From NCBI GenBank assembly GCA_038087875.1, contig CM075993.1, positions 62,001-126,000 of the forward strand: a stretch of DNA of 64,000 bases, read 5' to 3'. Both the position numbers and the translations under genes were made by a program. This document shows positions 51,701 through 63,790 of this stretch, one piece after another. The notes under the pieces are model-generated. The model was given only the letters and a program-made list of their open reading frames with translations. It ran no database searches and had not been told where the DNA came from. Origin of the DNA: Malacoraja senta. Lineage: Eukaryota. Numbering within the stretch: position 1 is the stretch's first letter; each line of letters starts with the position of its first letter.

Positions 51701-52053
51701 GATGCCCATAATAAAAAGTATAGCAATGAGCAGCTCAGTCAGTGAGTTCACTGTTTGTGTGAAGGTGAAATAAATATTCCTTTAAAATGCAGAGCTTGTG
51801 TCTGTTTTCATTCATAAAAATAATTGTGAGGTTAAAATGGGAATACATTGCATTCCTTCCTTGATTTGGTGCGTTTCAATTATCTAAATATATGATAAAT
51901 GAAATATGAGATTTAAGTGATGACATGATGGACTAACATAAAAATAATGGATTTCAGACATCAATTCTAGTTTGAAAAAACAAAAATTTCTTTCATTGTG
52001 CATTAAAGGTAACGAATTGTGATAAGCAAATATATTTTGAAAAAAGACTTTAA

Positions 52054-53834
52054 CTCTAAATAATATGATTAAATTCTGGAAAACACTTCCGATGTCCTTA
52101 ATAGGCAGAATAAATGCTATAAAAATGATTTTCTTACCACAAATCCTATACCTATTTCAATCAATACCTATATATCTCCCAAAAAAGTCTTTCAAAAAAT
52201 TGGACTCAGACATTACAAATTTTATATGGGATTATAAATCCCATAGAATACAAAGCGCACACCTTAATAAACGAAAAGAGATGGGGGGTCTCGCGCTCCC
52301 TAACTTTATGTATTATAATTGGGCAGTAAATATTAAAAATATGATTCACCTGCTGGACAATTCTGCCCAGCAGGCAGACTGGATTATAATGGAAAAAGGG
52401 GACTGTTCCCCGAGTAATATAGGAGCGATTATTCTCTCTCCAATAAATTTGAATAATAAAAATTATAATAAAAACCCAATTATAAATAGCACAATTAGAA
52501 CATGGAAACAAATAAAACAGAATCTAAAATTAAGAAACCTATCTCTCTCAATACCAATAGTTAATAACCCATCGTTTAAACCTTCAACCATAGACAAATC
52601 ATTTATACAATGGGAGAGAATGGGAATCAAAACGCTTGAAGATCTGTATGAATTGGGAAAATTACTATCATTTCAACAACTACAACTGAAATATAATTTG
52701 AAAAATAATCAATATTTTAAATATCTACAAATTCGTGATTACCTGAAAAAATACACAAAAGACTATCATAATATGCCTTCCGACTTACTAGATGAAGCAA
52801 TGAAGACAAAGGCGGAATCAGCTAATCTAATATCGTACTTATATAATATCAATTTAAACATAGAAATACCCACAACAGATGGAATTAGAAGAGACTGGGA
52901 ACAAGAATTAGCTATAAAAATTTCAAAAGAGAGCTGGGATAACCATTTACTACAGGTGCATAAATGTTCGATCAACGTACGACATACGCTCATCCAATTC
53001 AAAACATTACATAGACTATATTATTCAAAAAATAAATTAAATAAAATCTTTCCTAATGTTTCACCAATCTGTGATAAATGTCTATGTCAAGAAGCTACCA
53101 TAGCGCATTCTTTTGTTTTTTGTACAAAAATCCAAAAATTCTGGTATGAAATATTTGATATTTTCTCAAAATTAATTAAAATAAAACTGGTACCAAAACC
53201 AGAATGGATCATTTTTTGAATATCGGAAGGTATCCCTGAATTAAACGTGTATCAGAAGAACTTATTCAATTACGGGCTAATAATGGGAAAAAAGCTCATA
53301 CTTAAATTCTGGAAAAATGCGCCCACACCAACAATAAAAATGTGGACATCAAATGTGTTGGAAACATTACATCTGGAAGAGATGAGATTCCTCTTAGCAG
53401 GTAAAGCAGACCAATTCCAAAAGACGTGGTCTACGTTTCTGGACCTATTACAAGCATGAGGTGCAATAGTAATTTAAAAAATAAATAAATAAAGAAATGG
53501 TATCAGGACCTGGTAATGGGAGGTAAAACAATAAAAACAGACTTGGTTGGTGGTTCCCTTTCTGCGATTGTTCCTACTCTCTTTTTCTTTCTTTTCTAGG
53601 ATCTACTTTCTTACTTTACTTCCTTCTCTAACTTCTTTTCTAAGGGGCTTTCTTTTCACAACACTCTCTTGCACTTCACGACTCTTGCGCACTTTCTTTA
53701 CTTTTCTTACTTCTATCTTTCTCTTAAAGCTCAAAAAAATGAAGCGGTATAAAGAATGTATTAAGATATAAGTGTTGTGTATTACTGTAATTTACCGTAC
53801 TTCTAATAAAAATAATTAAAAAAAATAAAAATAA
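52054..53834 (+). mobile_element. 5'-truncated L1 with TSD AAAAAAGACTTTAA
   Basis: ORF 52065-53219 (GRINAIKMIFLPQILYLFQ, GGLALPNF, PICDKC); poly(A); TSD at about 52040-52053 and 53835-53848. Confidence 0.95.
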
Positions 53835-54036
53835 AAAAAAGACTTTAATGCGAAATTGTAATTAACCGTAACAAAGTGAGAACTATTAACTTGAACATAC
53901 ACATGACATCTACATCAAAGAGAACATCAATAGGCCCCAGGTCCATGATGTAATCCCCTATTGCTGCCGATGTCGGTGTGTCTCTTGGAGGAAGACTGTA
54001 ATCAACATAATCTGAAGCTAATAAAGATAACATTGA

Positions 54037-54970
54037 AGGTACACAAAAATGCTGGAGAAACTCAGCGGGTGCAGCAGCATCTATGGAGCAAAGGAAATAG
54101 GCAACGTTTCGGGCCGAAACCCTTCTTCAGACAGATAGGGGGTGGGGAGAAGAAAGGAAAAAAGGAAAAAGGCGGAGGAGGAGCCCGAGGGCTGGGGGAG
54201 GGGAGGAGACAACCAGATGGCTGATGAAGGGGAGGGGACAGCAAGGGCTAGCAGAATTGGGAGAATTCAATGTTCAAGCCCCCAGGATGTAGACTGCCCA
54301 AGCGGAATATGAGGTGCATTTCCTCCAATTTACGGTGTTGCTCGCTGTGACCATGGAGGAGACCCAGGACAGAGAGGTCAGATACGGAATGGGAGGGGGA
54401 GTTGAAGTGCTGAGCCACCGGGAGTTCAGGTTGGTTATTGCGGACCGACCGGAGGTGTTCGGCGAAACGATCGCCAAGCCTCCGCTTGGTCTCACCAATG
54501 TAGATCAGCTGGCATCTAGAGCAGCGAATGCAATAGATGAGGTTGGAGGAGATGCAGGTGAACCTCTGTCGCACCTGGAACGACTGCTTGGGTCCTTGAA
54601 TGGAGTAGAGGGGGGAGGTGAAGGGACAAGTGTTGCATCTCTTGCGGTTGCAAGGGAAAGTACCAGGGGAGGGGGTGGTATGGGAGGGAAGGGAAGAATT
54701 GACAAGGGAGTTACGGAGGGAGCGGTCTTTGCGGAAGGCAGACATGGGGGGAGATGGGAAGATGTGGCGAGGTCACGTTGGAGGTGGTGAAACTGACGGA
54801 GGATCACTTGTTGTATGTGACGGCTGGTGGGGTGAAAGGTGAGGACTAGGGGGACTCTGCCCTTGTTGTGAGTGGGGGGATGGGGAGAGAGAGCAGTGTT
54901 GCGGGGTATGGCAGAGACCCTGGTGCGAGCCTCATCTATGGTGGAGGAGGGGAACCCCCGTTCCCTGAAG
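54037..54970 (-). mobile_element. 5'-truncated Penelope (GIY-YIG domain + 3' terminus) with 14-bp TSD AAAGATAACATTGA
   Basis: ORF 54248-54745 (PCNRKRCNTC, NLIYCIRC, IYIGETKRRLGDRFAEH); TSD at 54023-54036 and 54971-54984. Confidence 0.95.
54095..54138 (-). ncRNA. Minimal hammerhead ribozyme motif at the Penelope 3' end
   Basis: Minus strand CUGAAGA-A-GGGU-UUCG-GCCC-GAAA-C-GUU: intact core, stem II capped by UUCG, palindromic AACGUU stem III. Confidence 0.7.
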
Positions 54971-55074
54971 AAAGATAACATTGATCCAGCAAGATGGAGG
55001 TCTGTGTAAGTGATTGCTGATGTCATTGACCGTCTCTGAAAACAAAAGATGGATTTAAATGTGAGGTGTTACAT

Positions 55075-55843
55075 TAGATGTGAGGTGCTACATCTTGGCA
55101 GGACAAATCAAAATAGGATGTAAATGTTAGCGAATTGAGGAATGCAGTTGAACAGAGGGATCTAGGAATAACTGTGCATAGTTCCCTGAAGGTGGAATAG
55201 GGTGGTAAAGAAAGCTTTTGGTGTGCTGGCCTTTATAAACCAGAGCATTGAGTAGTAATGTTAAAATTGTACAAGGCATTGGTGAGGCCAATTCTGGAGT
55301 ATGGTGTACAATTTTGGTCACCAAATTATAGGAAAGATGTCAACAAAATAGAGAGAGTACAGAGGAGATTTACTAGAATGTTGCCTGGGTTTCAGCACCT
55401 AAGTAACAGAGAAAGGTTGAACAAGATAGGTCTTTATTCTTTGGAGCGCAGAAGGTTAAGGGGGGACTTGATAGAGGTCTTTAAAATTATGAGGGGGATA
55501 GACAGAGTTGACGTGGATAAGCTTTTTCAATTGAGAGTAGGGAAGATTCAAACAAGAGGACATGATTTGAGAATTAAGGAACAGAAGTTTAGGGGCAACA
55601 TGAGGGGGAACTTATTTACTCAGAGACTGGTAGCTGTGTGGAATGAGCTTCCAGTGGAAGTGGTGGAGGCAGGTTCGATTTTATCATTTAAAAATAAATT
55701 GGATAGGTATATGGACGGGAAAGGAATGGAGGGTTATGGTCTGAGTGCAGGTAGATGGGACTAGGGGAGAATAAGTGTTCGGCACGGACTAGAAGGGCCG
55801 AGATGGCCTGTTTCCGTGCTGTAATTGTTATATGGTTATATGG
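55075..55843 (+). mobile_element. CR1 3' fragment (same subfamily as 4345-7420)
   Basis: ORF 55258-55764 nearly identical to the C-terminal part of ORF 4471-5235; (TATATGG)n tail. Confidence 0.93.
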
Positions 55844-56069
55844 GTAAATGCAAAAGCAATACAGACCCTCAAAAGCTGCAATTGACAAAACTAAACTGGC
55901 TAAACGTTTTATGTCTTTGCGGTCAGATCATGGACGATTTTTGAAACAAATAAATATTACGAATGGAAGGAGGATGAATTTAATAATCTTATAAGGTGTG
56001 AATAACAAATAATTAAAGAAATCTAAGCTCACAATTTTCTTTTTTAAATTGTATACCTGTCCAGCCTGC

Positions 56070-56326
56070 AGATGTGTCTGTACCCCATTCACATCTGTGT
56101 CTGTACCCCCATTCACATGTGTGTCTGTACCCCATTCACATGTGTGTCTGTACTCCCATTCACATGTGTGTCTGTACCCCATTCACATCTGTGTCTGTAT
56201 CCCCATTCACATCTGTGTCTGTACCCCATTCACATGTGTGTCTGTACCCCATTCACATGTGTGTCTGTACCCCATTCACATCTGTGTCTGTACCCCCATT
56301 CACATCTGTGTCTGTACCCCATTCCC
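56070..56326. repeat. 24-26-bp minisatellite TGTGTCTGTACCCC(C)ATTCACAT(C/G)
   Basis: About 10 copies, lying inside the 62-nt exon paralog. Confidence 0.93.
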
Positions 56327-56472
56327 ATCTCCGGTGGATGTGGCCTCGACGACTGCTTTTGAAACACAGAATCATATATAAGTGGAACTCAAATGGTTAA
56401 AAAATCTCACTGAGGAGTTCTGTGACAAAGGACTGCAATCATCTAAGCGTTTAATTAATACCTGCTCAGAAT

Positions 56473-58765
56473 AACATGGTCAGGTTTAATCTACAATTGG
56501 AGAGGGAGAAGGGTAGATCGGGGTCACAGTGTTGCAATTGAATAAAGGGGACTATGGGGCCATGAGGGAGGAGCTGGCCAAAAATGACTGGAAAGATACA
56601 CTAGCAGGGATGACAGTGGAACAAAAATGGCAGGTGTTTCTAGGAATAATACAGAAGGTGCAGGATCACCTTAAGGGGTTGGACAGGCAAGATGCAGGAA
56701 GATTGTTCCCGATGTTGGGGAAGTTCAGAACAAGGGATCACAGTTTAATGATAAGGGGGAAGTCTTTTAGGACTGAGATGAGAAAATAAAATTCACACAG
56801 AGAGTGGTGAATTCATACAGAAGGTAGTTGAGGCCAGTTCATTGGCTATATTTAAAAGGGAGTTAGATGTGGCCCTTGTGGCTAAGGGGATCAGGGGGTA
56901 TGGAGAGAAGGCAGGTACGGGATACTGAGTTGGATGATCAGCCATGATCATATTGAATGGCGGTGCAGGCTCGAAGGGCCGAATGGCCTACTCCTGCACC
57001 TATTTTCTTTGTCTATGTCTATCAGTTCATTCCTATGAGGAAGAAAGATTCCAAGGGGAGAAAGGGGCGACCATGGCTAACAAGGGATGTCAGGGACAGT
57101 ATAAAAAATTTAAGAAAGAGCAACAGAAGATAACCAAAAAGACAATACGGGGAGAAAAGATGAGGTACAAAGGTAAGCTAGCCAAAAATATAAAGCAGGA
57201 CAGTAAAAGCTTCCTTAGGTATGTGAAGAGAAAAAAAATTAGTTAAGACCAAAGTTGGACCTTTGAAGACCGAAAAAGGTGAATTTATTATGGGGAACAA
57301 GGAAATGGCAGATGAGTTGAACAGGTACTTTGGATCTATCTTCACTAAGGAGGACACAAACAATCTTCCTGATATAGTAGTGGCCAGAGGATCTGGGGTG
57401 ACAGAGGAACTGAAGGAAATCCACATTAGGCAGGAAATGGTGTTGGATAGACTGATGGGACTGAAGGCTGATAAATCCCCAGGGCCTGATGGTCGGCATC
57501 CCAGGGTATTTAAGGAAGTGGCTCTACAAATCGTGGGTGCATTGGTGATAATTTTCCAATGTTCTATAGACTCAGGATCAGTTCCTGTGGATTGGAGGAT
57601 AGCTAATGTTATCCCACTTTTTAAGAAAGGTGGGAGAGAATAAACAGGGGATTATAGACCAGTTAGCCTGACATCCGTGGTGGGGAAGATGCTGGAGTCA
57701 ATTATAAAAGATGCGATAGCCAAACATTTGGATAGCAGTAACAGGATCGGTCCGAGTCAGCATGGATTTACGAAGGGGAAATCATGCTTGACTAATCTTC
57801 TGGAATTTTTCGAAGATGTAACTAGGAAAATGGACAAGGGAGAGCCAGTGGATGTAGTGTACCTGGACTTTCAGAAAGCATTTGATAAGGTCCCACATAG
57901 GAGATTAGTGGGCAAAATTAGGGCACATGGTATTGGGGGTAGAGTGCTGACATGGATAGAGAAGAGGTTGGCAGACAGGAAACAAAGAGTAGGGATTAAC
58001 GGGTCCCTTTCAGAATGGCAGGCAGTGACTAGTGGGGTACCGCAAGGCTTGGTGCTGGGACCGCAGCTATTTACAATATACATCAATGATTTGGATGAAG
58101 GGATTCAAAGTAACATTAGCAAATTTGCAGATGACACAAAGCTGGGTGGCAGTGTGAACTGTGAGGAGGATGTTATGAGAATGCAGGGCATCTTGGACAG
58201 GTTGGGGGAGTGGGCACATGCATGGCAGATCAAGTTTAATGCGGATAAATGTGAGGTTATCCACTTTGGTAGCAAAAACAGGAAGGCAGATTATTATCTA
58301 AATGGCGTCAAGTTGGGAAAAGGGGAAGTACAACGGGATCTAGGGGTCCTTGTACATCAGTCTATGAAAGTAAGCATGCAGGTACAGCAGGCGGTGAAGA
58401 AAGCCAATGGCATGTTGGCCTTTATAACAAGAGGAATCGAATATAGGAGCAAAGAGGTCATTCTGCAGTTGTACAGAGCCATAGTGAGACCACATCTGGA
58501 GTATTGTGTGCCGTTTTGGTCCCCTAATTTGAGGAAGGACATTCTTGCTATTGAGGGAGCCCAGCGTAGGTTTACAAGTTTAATTCCCGGGATGGCGGGA
58601 CTGTCATATGCTGAGCGGGAGTGGCTGGGCTTGTACACTCTGGAGTTTAGAAGGATGAGAGGGGATCTCATTGAAACATATAAGATTGTTAAGGGTTTGG
58701 ACATGCTAGAGGCAGGAAACATGTTCCCTATGTCGGAGGAGTCCAGAACCAGGGGTCATAGTTAG
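56473..58765 (+). mobile_element. CR1 ORF2 (RT) with nested CR1 3' fragment at about 56670-57020
   Basis: ORFs 57263-57643 and 57677-58765 with RT motifs; close to the CR1 at 45570-48890. Confidence 0.94.
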
Positions 58766-58977
58766 GGAATTGGCAGGGAATTCCATAAATAAGATTCCAA
58801 AGATACATCCTTTTATTCTGACACTGTGCCCTCTAGTCCGAGACTCTCCTACTAGTAGAAACATCCTCTTAGTTCAGAGATACAGCACAGAATCAGCACA
58901 ATTACAGTTGCACCAGAAAAAAAATCATTAAAACCCCTGGACACTTTAAATGACACAATTAAAAGGAAAAGTCAGCA

Positions 58978-59700
58978 GAATTAATCAAAGCAGCAAACAC
59001 AATTCAGTAGAGAGCGATAGTGTTCTCACCTTCCTCATGCCCTGGAGATGTAGATCCACATCAGACACAAGGGGAGACACCCTGTCTCTACCCTGAGCAC
59101 TGCTCCCATCCACAGCCCAGGACCACTGCTCCCATCCACAGCCCAGGACCACACCTTCCATCCACAGCCCAGGACCACTGCTCCCATCCACAGCCCAGGA
59201 CCACACCTTCCATCCACAGCCCAGGACCACACCTTCCATCCACAGCCCAGGACCACTGCTCCCATCCACCACAGCCCAGGACCACTGCTCCCATCCACCA
59301 CAGCCCAGGACCACTGCTTCCATCCACAGCCCAGGACCACTGCTCCCATCCACAGCCCAGGACCACACCTTCCATCCACAGCCCAGGACCACTGCTCCCA
59401 TCCACAGCCCAGGACCACGGCTCCCATCCACAGCCCAGGACCACGGCTCCCATCCACAGCCCAGGACCACTGCTCCCATCCACAGCCCAGGACCACTGCT
59501 CCCATCCACAGCCCAGGACAACTGCTTCCAGCCACTGCTCCTCACGACAGCCCAGGACAACTGCACTCAGACACTCCCACAACTCCCCCTTTTATACAGC
59601 TGACAATTTTCTAATCAGCTTCAATCAAACCAATAACCACATTCACCAGGGGCCAATCAATGTTTGTTGCACACATCATGATATCCACCTGGGGCAGTAG
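58978..59700 (-). promoter_or_regulatory. Paralog of the 9575-9862 promoter/first-exon cassette, with a minisatellite expansion
   Basis: Shared CAACTCCCCCTTTTATACA, GGCCAATCAATGTTTGTTGCACACA, GATATCCACCTGGGG, ATAGTGTTCTCAC; donor ATGAGGAAG|GTGAGA near 59030. Confidence 0.5.
59097..59540. repeat. About 26-bp minisatellite CCATCCACAGCCCAGGACCACTGCTC
   Basis: About 16 copies with a few variant units. Confidence 0.95.
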
Positions 59701-59849
59701 TTATCTGCGGGACAATAATTGCCCTGTCTGGGTCTCTGGCACTGTGGGGCAGCAACACCACCGTGCCGACCCATTTTGTATAATTTTTCTATCGATTCCA
59801 TTTTTTATTCCACACCAGCTCGCTGGTTCACAAATTGTTCACATTGAGA

Positions 59850-60602
59850 ATGTTAACCTAAGGGGAAACATTTCCACACAGAGGGTGGTGGGTGTATAGA
59901 ACGAGCTGCCGGAGGAGATAGTTGAGGCTGGGACTATCACAACACTTGGTCAGGTACAGGGATAGGACAGGTTTGGAGCGATATGGGCCAAACACGGGCA
60001 GGTGGGACTTCTGTAAATGGGGCATGTTGGCCGGTGTGGGCAAGTTGGGCTTGTTTCCGTGACTCTGTGACTAGTGTAGATGTGACATGTTGGTGGGCAT
60101 GGGGCAAGTTAGGCCAAAGGGCCTGTTTTTGTGACTCTGTGACTAGTGTAGATGGGACATGTTGGTGAGCATGGGGCAAGTTGGGCCAAAGGGCCTGTTT
60201 CTGTGACTCTGTAACTAGTGTAGATGGGACATGTTGGTGGGCATGGGGCAAGTTGGGCTGAAGGGCCTGTTTCTGTGCTGGGTGACTCTGTGACTAGTGT
60301 AGATGGGACATGTTGGTGGGCATGGGGCAAGTTGGGCTGAAGGGCCTGTTTCCCTGATGGGTGACTCTGTGACTAGTGTAGATGGGACATGTTGGTGGGC
60401 ATGGGGCAAGTTGGGCTGAAGGGCCTGTTTCCGTGCTGGGTGACTCTGTGACTAGTGTAGATGGGACATGTTGGTGGGCATGGGGCAAGTTGGGCTGAAG
60501 GGCCTGTTTCCGTGCTGGGTGACTCTGTGACTAGTGTAGATGGGACATGTTGGTGGGCATGGGGCAAGTTGGGCTGAAGGGCCTGTTTCTGTGCTGGGTG
60601 AC
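59850..60602 (+). repeat. CR1 3' end followed by a tandem array (about 70-79 bp) of its 3' UTR
   Basis: GACTAGTGTAGATGGGACATGTTGGTGGGCATGGGGCAAGTTGGGCTGAAGGGCCTGTTTC repeated about 7 times; ORFs recur at offset 79. Confidence 0.92.
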
Positions 60603-60819
60603 TACCATTCTGAACTTCCAAGAGTAACACTCCCCTTTCTCTGCATCACTTATTGTTAATAAAGAAAGTTTACATTTGCTGTTTAGAAACATAGAAAAAT
60701 AGGTGCAGGAGTAGGCCAATTATTCACACACCATTCATCACGTACTTGCTTTGGATTGGCTCTATAAACTTTAACAGTGCCTTTAGAGTCGTTCAATAAA
60801 GAGACACAAAACTGTATTT

Positions 60820-62625
60820 GTCCATTAAAACATCTTCCTGTAGGGGGTCAGTCTTACGACAACGCTGCTAACATGTCTGGGCGTATTAAGGGGATGCAGC
60901 AAAAAATGTTTAGAAACAAACAAGTTTGCTATATATATGTGCCCTGTGCAGCTCATTCACTAAATCCAAAGTCACTAAAGCCAAAGTGCTGTTGACTGCT
61001 GTCAAGAGGCGGTTAATTTCTTCTCTACAGTCCAGTTGCTCTAAACCTTTTTTTCAGCCTCAACCAGCCGGTGGAAAATTCTTAAAGGTTGTATTGGAAA
61101 TGAAAGTGTCTTAAAATCCCTCTCTGATACTCTGGGAGGCACATGCTATGGCAGCAGCAGCAATTTTGAAATCTTTCCTTAAAATGTTAGAACGTTAGAC
61201 TGTATAGCTGAAGACCAGTCACAAAAGGGAGACACGGGAAGAGAAGCAAATAATATTGCAAATAAGATGCAAGAGCTAGAATTTATTTTTATGTTGAATT
61301 TTTGGAATGAGATTTTGCAAAATTTTCATAGAGTAAGCCAAGTTCTACAGAATGAGGATGTGAACTTGAATCCAATCGTATCCAATCCAACTTTATTTGT
61401 TAAGCACTTTAAAACAACCAATGTTGACCAAAGTGCTGTACAGAAGACTAAACAAGACATTATAAACAGACAACATAACAGAACATAACATAACAGCTCA
61501 CATGAGACGCAAAAATTACATATGAAATACAACAATAAATTAAAATACATAAAACATGAATAAAAATAATAGCCACGCAATAAAAGCAATCAAAAAAGAA
61601 ATTAAATCAAGTAAATAAAGTCAACATCTTACTGGGTTTCAAAGGCCACGGAGAAGAGATGGGTTTTAAGAAGTGATTTAAAACATGTGCAGATCTGTAT
61701 AGATCATTAGCAGACCAACTATGCACTTCACCAGTTGAATTTGAAAGATATGAAGCAGCTACAAAGGAAATGCTACCAGATGTTGATTACAAGGCAGCTC
61801 AAACTCGCAAACGTATCAGAAAGAAGGTACCCAATGACAATGACGGAGATGCACCAGAAGTATATCTGAACGTCAAAGATAAATTTCATATCACCACCTT
61901 TTACACAATTGTTGACAAACTTAAAACTGAGATGAGAAGAGGAGAGATATACAAAGAAGTATCAGAGAGATTTTCTTTTCTGATGTGCCACATAATGTCA
62001 CTTCAATGACTTCATCATCTACTGAAATTGAAAGGTATTCTCAGTGTTGTCAAAAACTGATGCTTACCCAGAAGACTTGAACACTAATTTCTCAGCTGAG
62101 CTCCAGCAGTTTCACTCATATGTGCGACAAAAAATGTCAAAACAAGATTCAGTCATGCTGAGCTTTATAAAATAATTGTAGAAGACAATATTGAATGTGC
62201 CTTTCCAAATGTAGACATTGCCTTTCGTATATTTTTTACACTAATGGTCACAAATTGCTCAGCTGAGCGTTCATTTTCTCAGTTGAAGTATATTTAAAAA
62301 TCCCATCAGAACAACTATGCAACAAGGCAGGCTGGATGCCTTATCTCTACTAAGTATAGAAGCAGATGTGTTACGTAAGATACATTTTGAGGATCTGATC
62401 AAAGACTTTGAATTAAAAAAAGTAGGAGAAAACTTTTCAAATATGAATAAAGTGGAAGTATACAAAAATAAACATTATTTTCCATCTTACTGTTAGATTT
62501 GTTTCATTTTGAAAAATAAAAAAATATTTTATGGTTTATTATTGTTTATATTTTGAATTACATATATATGGGGCACCAAAATCTTTTAAGTGCTTAGGGC
62601 CTCGATGGGTCTTAATCCGGCCCTG
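60820..62625 (+). mobile_element. hAT transposon (Tip100/ZMYM-like), degraded transposase and right TIR; interrupted by a LINE 3' fragment at about 61370-61682 (minus)
   Basis: GQSYDNAANMSG, YVPCAAHSLN, FPNVDIAFRIFFTLMVTNCSAERSFSQL (dimerisation domain); terminus TAATCCGGCCCTG (reverse complement CAGGGCCGGATTA). Confidence 0.9.
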
Positions 62626-62980
62626 GAGTTACTCCAGCACTCTGTGAAATGTCACCTATCCATGTTCTCCACAAATGCTGCCTGACCCGCTGAGTTACTC
62701 CAGCATTTTGTGAAACGTCACCTATCCATGTTCTCCACAGATGCTGCCTGACTCGCTGAGTTACTCCAGCACTCTGTGAAACGTCACCTATCCATGCGTC
62801 ATTTCTCCACAGATGCTGCCTAACCCGCTGAGTTACTCCAGCACTCTGTGAAACGTCACCTATCCATGTTCTCCACAGAAGCTGCCTGACCCGCTGAGTT
62901 ACTCCAGCACTCTGTGAAACGTCACCTATCCATGTTCTCCCACAGATGCTGCCTGACCTGCTGAGTTACTCCAGCATTTT
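62626..62980 (+). repeat. 66-bp tandem array, about 5 units
   Basis: Same unit as 51342-51700, opposite strand. Confidence 0.95.
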
Positions 62981-63225
62981 GTGTTTGTCTTTTGTGAAAA
63001 CATTATGTTCTGTTGCTCTGTAAATGCACCTTATCCCCCCCTCCTGTTTAAATTGATGAGTTCTCCAAATCCACTCTTTGCAGGCCTTTCATTATTCTGT
63101 AGGTTTCAGTGAGATCTGCCCTAATCTTTCTAAACCTCACGAGTACAGGCCCAGAGTCTTCGAAAGCTCCTCATACATTAACCCAATCACCCCGGGAATC
63201 AATCTTGTAAACCTCTTCTGGATCC

Positions 63226-63790
63226 TGCACTAGTCACAGAGCGGAAACAGGCCCTTCGGCCCAACTTGCCCACACCGCCCAACATGCCCCATCTACACTA
63301 GTCACAGAGTGATACAGAGCGGAAACAGGCCCTTCAGCCCAACCTGCCCACAATGGCCAACATGCCCCATCTACACTAGTCACAGAGTGATACAGTGTGG
63401 ATACTGGGTCTACAGCCCAACTTGCCCACCCCACCCAACATGCCCCATCTACACTAGTCACAGAGTGATACAGAGTGGAAACAGGCCCTTCAGCCCAACT
63501 TCCCACAATGGCCAACATGCCCCATCTACACTAGTCACAGATTGATACAGTGTGGATACTGGGTCTTCAGCTCAACTTGCCCACCCCGCCCAACATTCCC
63601 CATCTACACTAGTCCCACCTGCCTGCTTTTGGTCCATATCCATCCAAACCCGTCCGATCCATGTACCTGTCTAACTGTTTCTTAAATGTTGGGATAGTCC
63701 CAGCCTCACTACCTCCTCTGGCAGCTCGTTCCATACACCCATCACCCTCTGGTGGGAAAGTTACCCCTCAGATTCCTATTAAATCTGTTC
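63226..63790 (-). repeat. CR1 3' end with tandem array (about 80 bp) of its 3' UTR
   Basis: CATGCCCCATCTACACTAGTCACAGAGTGATACAG repeated about 5 times; reverse orientation of the 60050-60602 array type. Confidence 0.9.

Larger units (their letters stand above)
51705..56472 (-). pseudogene. Diverged paralog of the multi-exon gene at 21765-24843, fragmented by CR1, Penelope, L1 and a minisatellite
   Basis: Exon end YSEQ|gtatt at 56462; exon 56352-56057 is 62 nt after removing the minisatellite; exon from 55035 re-joined across the Penelope TSD reads RRSMTSAITYTDLHLAGSMLSLLASDYVDYSLPPRDTPTSAAIGDYIMDLGP; introns and 3' region alignable. Confidence 0.65.

Noticed and set aside
58985..60630. Long repetitive ORFs (up to 226 aa)
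   Set aside because: Products of stop-free minisatellite units, open in several frames and on both strands
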